DNA of 64,000 nucleotides, taken from a virus (taxonomy: Duplodnaviria > Caudoviricetes). Under the pieces are notes generated by a model, which saw only the letters and a program-made list of their open reading frames with translations, did not search any database and was not told where the DNA came from. The translations under genes and the position numbers were made by a program. Below, piece by piece: positions 57,378 to 64,000 of the stretch. The DNA is taken from positions 1 through 64,000 of the IMG/VR virus record IMGVR_UViG_2775506767_000005. One strand, written 5' to 3'. Every line of letters starts with the position of its first letter. Positions within the stretch are counted from its first letter, which is position 1.

Positions 57378-57416
57378 GTTGCACCTGTTGACAGCCTAGG
57401 GTATTCACTGCATAAT
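57376..57416 (+). promoter_or_regulatory. Sigma70-type early promoter with GTTGCAC box (copy 4)
   Basis: GAGTTGCACctgTTGACA-17 bp-CATAAT. Confidence 0.8.
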
Positions 57417-57439
57417 TAAATCGACAGCGAACGAGACCA

Positions 57440-58261
57440 ATGACCGCTTTCACCACCCCCGCCGAAATCGTCTCCGCCCTCACTAATCGGATCCGCACCT
57501 GCCTGTTAGGTCAGGGCTACCGCCAGGCCGAGGCCGCTCAGCAGTACGTCGGGCTGAAGGAATATGAAGCCCGCCGGAAGCTTGGCCCCCTGGTTGCCGC
57601 CAGGATTGAGAACTACTTCGGCCACACGCTTAAATCTGCCGACATTGATTTCCGCACCATCCAGAAGATCACCGAGGCCACCGTCAAGAACGCCACCGTG
57701 CTCCTCGAAGATCGCGTCTGCCGCAACATCGGCGAAGGCGAGACCCTTACCGAGATCAGCCTCGAGCTAGGCCAGGAGAACCTGATCGAGGGCGTTGTCT
57801 GCGGAGAGACCGCCCAGGGCGAACGCTTTCACATCGATGTCCACATGCTGTGGAACTACCGCTACGGAGAGAACAGCGCTAACGGCGTTTTGACCATCTA
57901 TCCGCAGTTCAGAGGCACCCGCCAAGGCGTGCCCATGGCCGGGAAGCCTCAGCAGTCCATCGCAACCGCTGCAAAGGAAGCTGCCAAGGCCGAGCGCGAG
58001 GCTGCCAAGGCTGCGCGCCGCGCAGAGCTCCGGGCAAAATTCGCCAAGGCTCCCGAGCGCCTGGCTCGTGAAATGGAGAAGGACCTCAGAGACTGGTCAG
58101 ACACCCACCCCACCGCGCCGCAGTGGGCGTTCATCCGCGACGCCGCCCGCGCCCTGACCGCAGAGCAGCTCAGCGAATGGTTCGCCGCTGGTGCCCGAAC
58201 CTCCGGCGACATTGAGTCGAAGCTCAAACGCCAGTTCCGAGACCGTGTTTTGATTGCCTGA
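57440..58261 (+). CDS. Hypothetical early protein
   Basis: 273 aa directly after the promoter. Confidence 0.7.
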   Translation: MTAFTTPAEIVSALTNRIRTCLLGQGYRQAEAAQQYVGLKEYEARRKLGPLVAARIENYFGHTLKSADIDFRTIQKITEATVKNATVLLEDRVCRNIGEGETLTEISLELGQENLIEGVVCGETAQGERFHIDVHMLWNYRYGENSANGVLTIYPQFRGTRQGVPMAGKPQQSIATAAKEAAKAEREAAKAARRAELRAKFAKAPERLAREMEKDLRDWSDTHPTAPQWAFIRDAARALTAEQLSEWFAAGARTSGDIESKLKRQFRDRVLIA

Positions 58262-58300
58262 GTTGCACGACTTGACAGATGGGGCACCTTGCCCCCATAC
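58260..58300 (+). promoter_or_regulatory. Sigma70-type early promoter with GTTGCAC box (copy 5)
   Basis: GAGTTGCACgacTTGACA-gATGGGGCAcctTGCCC-CATACT. Confidence 0.8.
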
Positions 58301-58325
58301 TTAAGGAGTCCCCGAGAGAAGCCAA

Positions 58326-58655
58326 GTGAACACCACTAACACCACCACCATCGAGCAACTGACCAACGGCCAAGGCGTCAACGCCCTTTGTGCTCTTACC
58401 GGTGCGCAGATCGTTTACGACGACAACGCCAACAAAGTCACGATGGTTTTCAAAAAGCAGGCCGGCCCACGCGGTGCAAAGCTCACCCACCTACAGATCG
58501 CCTACAACACAGGCACTGATCTTTACGACATCACCGCTTACAAGCTGAACAAAAAGACCTTCCAAATGCCCACCGTCAAAGAACTGGACGGTTGCTACGG
58601 CGACATGCTCAATGAGGTCTGCGAGCGCATCACTGACCTCTGCCTGCGCTTCTGA
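58326..58655 (+). CDS. Hypothetical early protein
   Basis: 109 aa with 'I.Y..G.DLY.I.......V.......Y.DML...E..T.L...F', a recurrent phage family. Confidence 0.7.
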   Translation: MNTTNTTTIEQLTNGQGVNALCALTGAQIVYDDNANKVTMVFKKQAGPRGAKLTHLQIAYNTGTDLYDITAYKLNKKTFQMPTVKELDGCYGDMLNEVCERITDLCLRF

Positions 58656-58707
58656 TCAAACGGGTCCTTCTGGACCCCTCTCTTATCACTATTCGAACCC
58701 TGATCTA

Positions 58708-58872
58708 ATGGCTCTCATTTTTTACACCGCTGTTCACGTCTGCAAGGGCCAGCAAATTGTCCAGGCCGAGACCACATTGCAGGCAGCGCAGAAGGCGGCC
58801 GCGTATTGGCGCCTGAAGACCACGGCTGGCATTGACGTCTACCGCCACGACACCGAAATCGTTCTCACCTGA
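58708..58872 (+). CDS. Hypothetical protein, 54 aa
   Basis: ATG at 58708 (MALIFYTAVH). Confidence 0.5.
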   Translation: MALIFYTAVHVCKGQQIVQAETTLQAAQKAAAYWRLKTTAGIDVYRHDTEIVLT

Positions 58873-58876
58873 TGCA

Positions 58877-59044
58877 ATGGCCAATTACAGCACCTACGTC
58901 GCCCGCCTGCGCACCGAGAACTTGATCAAGCTGATCGAGGCCACGACCCGCCACCAGGCAGGTCTCAAGCTTCCCCTGACGCAGGCCCGCAATATCGAGC
59001 AGCTACAGGAACTGCAGGCCGAGCTCTTCCGCCGGATTGCTTGA
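58877..59044 (+). CDS. Hypothetical protein, 55 aa
   Basis: ATG at 58877 (MANYSTYV). Its stop overlaps promoter copy 6. Confidence 0.5.
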   Translation: MANYSTYVARLRTENLIKLIEATTRHQAGLKLPLTQARNIEQLQELQAELFRRIA

Positions 59045-59084
59045 GTTACACCTCTTGACAGATGGGGCACCTTGCCCCCACAAT
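59043..59084 (+). promoter_or_regulatory. Sigma70-type early promoter with GTTACAC box (copy 6)
   Basis: GAGTTACACctcTTGACA-gatGGGGCAcctTGCCCC-CACAAT. Confidence 0.7.
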
Positions 59085-59106
59085 TGATTCAACAGCAACC
59101 AACCCG

Positions 59107-59394
59107 ATGACACGCTCAACCCAACGCACCCCCGAAGAGCTCGCAGCATTCAAGGCCGCCAACCTCGCCAACTCAACCTGCAAGGGTGGCCCGGTCATCG
59201 TCGAACCTCGCAAGGCCCCGAAAAAGTTTACGGTCACTTGGACGACACCTGAAGGCCAGTTCGGTTGGATCACAGTTCATGCCGTCAAGACTGCCGAAGC
59301 TGCGGCCGAGACATTCTTCGCAGCCCGCAACCGTGGCCAGGTCCCGACCAACGCAGATATCGAGCTGATCAAGAGGGGAGGTCAGGAGATCTGA
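59107..59394 (+). CDS. Hypothetical early protein, 95 aa
   Basis: ATG at 59107 (MTRSTQRT). Confidence 0.6.
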   Translation: MTRSTQRTPEELAAFKAANLANSTCKGGPVIVEPRKAPKKFTVTWTTPEGQFGWITVHAVKTAEAAAETFFAARNRGQVPTNADIELIKRGGQEI

Positions 59395-59433
59395 GTTGCA
59401 CGAGTTGACAAATGGGGCAACATGCCCCATAAT
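59393..59433 (+). promoter_or_regulatory. Sigma70-type early promoter with GTTGCAC box (copy 7)
   Basis: GAGTTGCACgagTTGACA-aATGGGGCAacaTGCCC-CATAAT, with the perfect palindrome ATGGGGCA-N3-TGCCCCAT. Confidence 0.8.
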
Positions 59434-59455
59434 TAATTCATACGCAACCAATCCG

Positions 59456-59644
59456 ATGACCTACGTCACTCAGCGCCAGTTCCACTCAGTCACCAAGAAC
59501 GGTGTTTCGATGGGCATGGTTTTCATCGACCGCGAGGCGGCTGACAAGAACGCCGAGAGCATGAACAAGATCTGGAAGGGACAGCACACCTGGGGCGTCA
59601 TCTCCTGGAACGCCGACGACTGCTTCACCAACGAGAACGCTTGA
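59456..59644 (+). CDS. Hypothetical early protein, 62 aa
   Basis: ATG at 59456 (MTYVTQRQF). Confidence 0.6.
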   Translation: MTYVTQRQFHSVTKNGVSMGMVFIDREAADKNAESMNKIWKGQHTWGVISWNADDCFTNENA

Positions 59645-59662
59645 AACCTGACACACGCCCAG

Positions 59663-59688
59663 GAGGTCCTAGAAGGGGCCTCTTTTTT
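59663..59688 (+). terminator. Intrinsic terminator
   Basis: GAGGTCCT-agaa-GGGGCCTC-T6. Confidence 0.7.
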
Positions 59689-59719
59689 ATGGGTGCTTGT
59701 TCTTACACGAACAACCCTC

Positions 59720-60040
59720 CTAAGGCTCTTCTCGGTCCATGTAGGGGGCTCTCAGCCTCATCTCTCCGCCAAGCAGGGTCGCGCCCTCTTTTTTCTCCGT
59801 GAATTTGAAGTCGGCCGATGTGTCATCAGCGTCCCATTGCATTCGAAGCTGTTCGGTCTGGTGATCCACGCCGCGCATGACTAGATCGGTGCGCCAATCG
59901 GCCCAAACGTCGAGCCAATTGCTGACGATCATTTTGAGCCATCTGTTGTTTTTGTATTTACCTGAATTCCACAGGCGCCAGATCGTTTCGACCGTCAGCG
60001 CCTGAAGCAGCTCCTGCCAGGTGAAGACCCGCGAGCTCAT
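59720..60040 (-). CDS. Hypothetical Trp-rich protein
   Basis: 106 aa, ATGA-coupled to the holin-like ORF. Confidence 0.55.
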   Translation of the reverse strand: MSSRVFTWQELLQALTVETIWRLWNSGKYKNNRWLKMIVSNWLDVWADWRTDLVMRGVDHQTEQLRMQWDADDTSADFKFTEKKEGATLLGGEMRLRAPYMDREEP

Positions 60041-60183
60041 TTGTCGGTGTGGGATTTATGGGGGAATACCTCGCGAGCCATGGCCAAAACCTGCTCGACG
60101 ATCCCGTTCCCTTTGAGCGGGGTATAGGGGAGGACCTCGCTCACGACGAGGAGGAGCAGTCCCAGAATTGCAGCGGTTTCCAT
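60037..60183 (-). CDS. Small holin-like membrane protein, 48 aa
   Basis: METAAILGLLLLVVSEVLPYTPLKGNGIVEQVL..., the 'SE.LP....K.NG..Q' phage family. TCGGAACCCTGA box at 60206-60217 (minus). Not in the ORF track. Confidence 0.7.
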   Translation of the reverse strand: METAAILGLLLLVVSEVLPYTPLKGNGIVEQVLAMAREVFPHKSHTDK

Positions 60184-60217
60184 GAAAAATGGAGCGATAT
60201 TCGCGTCAGGGTTCCGA

Positions 60218-60505
60218 TCACTTGATCAGTCGGACGTCGTACACCCGAAAAACCTCGGCGACGATTCGATCGACGTCTTGAGGGCTGAGTCCCTCAGGTT
60301 CCAGATCGAGATAATCCCGAACAACCATCTCAGGGCTGAATGCGATTCCGGCGCCCAAAAACATCTGGTCAAGACGCTTGCAACAGGGGGCCACGTAAAG
60401 GCTTAGCAAGTTTTGCCCGATCTTCCGGGCGACAGGTTCGACGATCGACTTGTTAATGACCAACGCCCCGAAGCCACCGAGGAGGCTGTAGACAAAGCTC
60501 TTCAC
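60218..60505 (-). CDS. Hypothetical protein
   Basis: 95 aa with an N-terminal hydrophobic segment. Confidence 0.55.
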   Translation of the reverse strand: MKSFVYSLLGGFGALVINKSIVEPVARKIGQNLLSLYVAPCCKRLDQMFLGAGIAFSPEMVVRDYLDLEPEGLSPQDVDRIVAEVFRVYDVRLIK

Positions 60506-60897
60506 TCCTCTTCCTCGTCCTCGAAAGTCACATCAACGGAGACACCAGCGCCTAGGACGAGGCTCCCGAACCACTCAGCAATATCGTCATTTTCCCAGCC
60601 GTGGTCCTCATAGAGCGCGTTTGCCGCGACCTCGAGAGCTGGCCCATGTGACTCATCGAATCCGCCGGTCTGCTCGGCTTCCGCCTTGACAGAAAGAGTT
60701 GACCTCAGCAGCTCGAGCTCCACGAGGTCATCCCACTGATCCCCAAGCGCAACATCAAAACGCAGCCTCTCAGGGTCGATCCTGGAGAGGATTGCACGCA
60801 TCAACGATGAGAATTGTTCGGTGAATTTTTCAATATCTGCCAAGCCTTTTTCTGAGATCCAGATGGCCACCTGATAGGCCCTGCTCGGTTCGCTCAT
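60502..60897 (-). CDS. Hypothetical acidic protein
   Basis: 131 aa coupled to the primase stop. Confidence 0.6.
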   Translation of the reverse strand: MSEPSRAYQVAIWISEKGLADIEKFTEQFSSLMRAILSRIDPERLRFDVALGDQWDDLVELELLRSTLSVKAEAEQTGGFDESHGPALEVAANALYEDHGWENDDIAEWFGSLVLGAGVSVDVTFEDEEEE

Positions 60898-62435
60898 GGT
60901 GTAGCTCCTGCTGTTGGAGTCTTCCGAGAGAGCCGCTCAATGCTCTCGACGGTGTCGGATATTTCGCGCTCGGCATTGTTCCTGATATGAGACAGCACCT
61001 CAGGCACTGGCGACAGCAAGGACCGCAGCTCATGGAACTCGTCCTCGGGTAGCGAACGAATAGCGGAGCCGAATACGGCCGAGACAAGGCCAGGCTCAAC
61101 AGATGCCTCGAGGTAGAGGATCAGATTCCACGCCAGGTAGTACGGAGGAACCTCAAAAGTCATTCCACGCAGGCTGTCCCGCGACTGGGGCAACAGCAGG
61201 TAACAACGAACCGCCCTCCTCTCAACCCACTTGCGGGCGTCACGCTCCTGCTTAGTGACCACGGGAGCGGCGGGCCTGACCTTGGGAGCTTGGCCCAGGA
61301 TTTCAGCCGCTCGGCGCTCGACGTAGGCGCGTTGACCGCCGACAGGCAGGACTGAGAGAATGCGCTTAACGCCACGCTCCGCGACCTGGACCGACTCGAT
61401 GTCCTCGAGATTGACTTTGCCTAGCTCACGACCCAACCACCACTTCACCCAGTTAGGAGCCGAGGCGATCATCTCCTTCATGACGTCGACACCCTTCTCC
61501 TGGGTCACGCTGTCGGGGTCTTCACCCGCAGGCATGGACAAAATGCGAAGGGTGATCGTCTCCGATAAGACCATCTCCCTGAGTTTCTCGAGGGCCTTGT
61601 AGGCAGCCTTCTCTCCAGCAGCGTCACCGTCGAAACACAGGGTGACGACCTTTGCTCCACAACGCCGAACCAGGCTGTTGATCTGGTCATGGCTTAGTGC
61701 TGTGCCAGAACATGCGACCACGTTGGTCAGGCCTTCTTGATGCAGCTTGATGACGTCGAACTGGCCCTCTGTGATGACCACCTCGCGAGACTTGCGGATC
61801 GACTCAGCGGCATGATCAAGGCCAAAGATGAGCCTGGATTTGTCGTACAAAAGGTCGCTAGGAGAATTCTTGTATTTGGGCATCTGGCCAGCCAGGGCAC
61901 GGCCGGTGAATGCGACGGTTCGGCCCTGGACATCACGCAGGGGCACCATCAACCGATCACCCGTGAAGCCGAGACCCCAAGCTTCCGCGGTTGCTTTGCT
62001 GATGCCACGCTCCTTCAGGTAAACGCAGGCGTCCCGATTGGCGAATAACTGATCAGCGAAGAGCTTCTCCTGCTGCTCACGCTTCACGTACAAGAGATGG
62101 CGCTGCTTCTGCTCTTCCTTGAATCGCTCAGAATTCTCGTCGTTCTCGTGCTCGATCTGGATGTTGTGCCGCGAAGCGATGCGCTCGATGGCCTCCTGAA
62201 AAGTCAGGCCCCGATCCTGCAGCCAGCCCAGGGCATCGACACCGTGCTGGCAGACGTGGCAGTAGGCGAAGTTTTTTTGTGGGCTGATCGATAGAGAGGG
62301 TTTGCGGTCCTCGTGCCAGGGGCAGTGGGTCACATACTCGCGGCCCATGCGAGTTAGCTCGACGCCCTCCATCGCGTCGACGATCGAGGCCTTTTCTTTG
62401 ACGTGATCGATTGTTCGCTGGCTGATGCGTGGCAT
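60894..62435 (-). CDS. dnaG: DNA primase (DnaG type)
   Basis: CHC2 zinc finger 'CPWHEDRKPS...YCHVC', 'KYKNSP....Y.K....FG', TOPRIM 'TEGQFDV' and 'FDGD.AG'. Confidence 0.95.
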   Translation of the reverse strand: MPRISQRTIDHVKEKASIVDAMEGVELTRMGREYVTHCPWHEDRKPSLSISPQKNFAYCHVCQHGVDALGWLQDRGLTFQEAIERIASRHNIQIEHENDENSERFKEEQKQRHLLYVKREQQEKLFADQLFANRDACVYLKERGISKATAEAWGLGFTGDRLMVPLRDVQGRTVAFTGRALAGQMPKYKNSPSDLLYDKSRLIFGLDHAAESIRKSREVVITEGQFDVIKLHQEGLTNVVACSGTALSHDQINSLVRRCGAKVVTLCFDGDAAGEKAAYKALEKLREMVLSETITLRILSMPAGEDPDSVTQEKGVDVMKEMIASAPNWVKWWLGRELGKVNLEDIESVQVAERGVKRILSVLPVGGQRAYVERRAAEILGQAPKVRPAAPVVTKQERDARKWVERRAVRCYLLLPQSRDSLRGMTFEVPPYYLAWNLILYLEASVEPGLVSAVFGSAIRSLPEDEFHELRSLLSPVPEVLSHIRNNAEREISDTVESIERLSRKTPTAGATP

Positions 62436-62483
62436 TGAGGGGCCGGGTTGTTTGAATTAGAATGCTGATCAACTAAGCTATGA

Positions 62484-64000
62484 CTACAAACAGACCGGGC
62501 GATCGCTATCGATATAGCAGTGGTCACGGTTAAAGCTGAGGATCGATTCATTGACTGTGATCTGCTTGTCCTGGACTCGCTGACCGTTTCGAACCTTCCC
62601 GTGGATCAGGTTCACCAGGCCCCGGTCGAACTTCTCGCCGGCTTCCAGGTCTGGCTTTTTGAACTCCATCAGCCACACAGCGGAGGCCAATTGGGCCAGG
62701 GCGTCGGTGCCGTTGATGTGGATGGCTTGAGGGCCTTTGGGATCGTCAGCAGCTCCACGGTTTAACTGGCAGAGCAGGAATAGATCGACCTCGCATTCCT
62801 TAGCGGCGCCGTGGAGGATCTGAGCCCTGACTTCCATCTCCTGACTGCGGTCGCGTGGCCCCTTGGCCGTAGGACGCAGGGCATGAAAATGGTCCAGAAA
62901 GACTGCGGAGATGGAGGGGTCTTTTGCTTTTGCGGCGCGGAGCACCTCGACGAAATCGTCAGCCTCAGCAAGAAATTGGCAGTAGCTCTGAAAGTTCCCG
63001 CCGCCGAGCAGTTTGTCCTCTTGCAGGCAGTTCATCAGATGTAGATAAGCGGCGCTGATCGTCTCTGTCATGCCGATTTTTCCGCGACCCTCGAGGCGCC
63101 ACTGAGGCAGAAGGCGGACCATCTCCTCAGGCATCCGGCCGACGCTCTGCAGGTGGCGGGCGTAGTGAGCCAAGAACCTGGCCCCAATCTCTTTCTGATT
63201 CAGCTCGCAAGATAGAAATAAAACATCCGCGCCATTAGCGACCAGGCCGGCAGCGGCTGCAATCGCGAGCGTGGACTTACCCACGCCGGTCCTTGCTCCT
63301 ATGAGGTGGAGCTTGCCCGCGTCGTTTTGCTTAACGCCTCCCTGAATGTCCATGTCGAGGGACATGATCCCGGTGCTAACTGGCTCGCAGTGCTCCTTGG
63401 TCATCTCCTGCTCGACTTGAAACCACGCATCCTCAGCCGAGGCGAATGCGTAGCTATTGCCGATCCGACCGGAGAAAATATCGCGGGCTTCTTGCAGCTC
63501 AGCGGTGCATTGTTCGAGAACCTCGGTCACGTCGACCTCACGCTTGACGCTGCGAATCAACGCCTCGCCTAAGCGGCTGACCTTTTGGCGACCCCAACGA
63601 GTGCGGAGAATCTCGGCAGAAATCCTGAAGTCAGAAGCCGGGACGCCATCGACCTCGAGCTCGATGCCCTGGACCGCACGGGCGAAGTCTTGAAGGGAGG
63701 CCGTTGAGATCTTGCTTTCGATCTGCTCTCGCAGGGATTCGATCAATGCGGCGCCATTGATCAGTTGAACGGAACGGCGGTTCCGGTAGGTGGCGTCGAT
63801 CTCCTGAGCGACCCACTTCGCGTCCTTGTCAGTCCACAGGCTCGAAGGCAGTTCGTCGCTGTACTGCAGACCTAGGAGAGTTCTGAATTCACCCCACTGG
63901 TCTCTGTGGTCATGCTTGCCAGCGAGACAGAAACCTAGGACTAGACGTTCTTGATCTCCGGTACTAGATGCACCGGACTCCTCGCGGCGCTGTTGGCGGT
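62484..64000 (-). CDS. dnaB: Replicative DnaB-like helicase (5' end outside the window)
   Basis: Walker A 'GARTGVGKST', 'V.LDHFH', 'L.QLNR'. The frame stays open from the annotated TTG at 63746 to the window edge and includes 'ERLVLG.CL'. Confidence 0.9.
   Translation of the reverse strand, partial: RQQRREESGASSTGDQERLVLGFCLAGKHDHRDQWGEFRTLLGLQYSDELPSSLWTDKDAKWVAQEIDATYRNRRSVQLINGAALIESLREQIESKISTASLQDFARAVQGIELEVDGVPASDFRISAEILRTRWGRQKVSRLGEALIRSVKREVDVTEVLEQCTAELQEARDIFSGRIGNSYAFASAEDAWFQVEQEMTKEHCEPVSTGIMSLDMDIQGGVKQNDAGKLHLIGARTGVGKSTLAIAAAAGLVANGADVLFLSCELNQKEIGARFLAHYARHLQSVGRMPEEMVRLLPQWRLEGRGKIGMTETISAAYLHLMNCLQEDKLLGGGNFQSYCQFLAEADDFVEVLRAAKAKDPSISAVFLDHFHALRPTAKGPRDRSQEMEVRAQILHGAAKECEVDLFLLCQLNRGAADDPKGPQAIHINGTDALAQLASAVWLMEFKKPDLEAGEKFDRGLVNLIHGKVRNGQRVQDKQITVNESILSFNRDHCYIDSDRPVCL

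Noticed and set aside
57376-59433. CRISPR-like array formed by the GAGTTGCAC repeats
   Set aside because: The intervening sequences are 350-880 bp ORFs, and the repeats carry clear -35/-10 elements.

Overview
This 64 kb window is a contiguous piece of a temperate, long-tailed (siphovirus-like) cyanophage genome, most likely from a marine Synechococcus phage. Supporting evidence: an hli gene, a glutamine-II (Downstream-peptide) riboswitch in front of a YRG/DUF4278-type gene, a tyrosine integrase plus excisionase beside an attP core equal to the 3' half of tRNA-Lys(UUU), and portal, scaffold, major capsid, tail tube, tape measure and fibre genes. The window ends with dCTP deaminase, DnaG primase and a DnaB helicase cut by the window edge. 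No databases were searched, so all family calls come from motif recognition. Most notable observations: (1) a 1734-aa MuF head protein fused to two Zeta-toxin-like kinase domains and two ParB-like domains, followed by small acidic ORFs, one with its own sigma70 promoter (candidate virion-delivered toxin/immunity system); (2) an in-frame TAG after the tail tube gene followed by a start-less, internally repeated coding extension (candidate stop-codon readthrough); (3) a GGGAAAG -1 frameshift in the tail chaperone; (4) about 30 copies of a GGAANNCT box followed by a short hairpin in front of almost every virion or lysis gene; (5) seven GTTGCAC-N3-TTGACA early promoters, several with palindromic spacers; (6) three paralogous two-gene cassettes of unknown function; (7) a phased four-copy palindrome array next to an AT-rich tract; (8) duplicated tail fibres with exchanged central domains.
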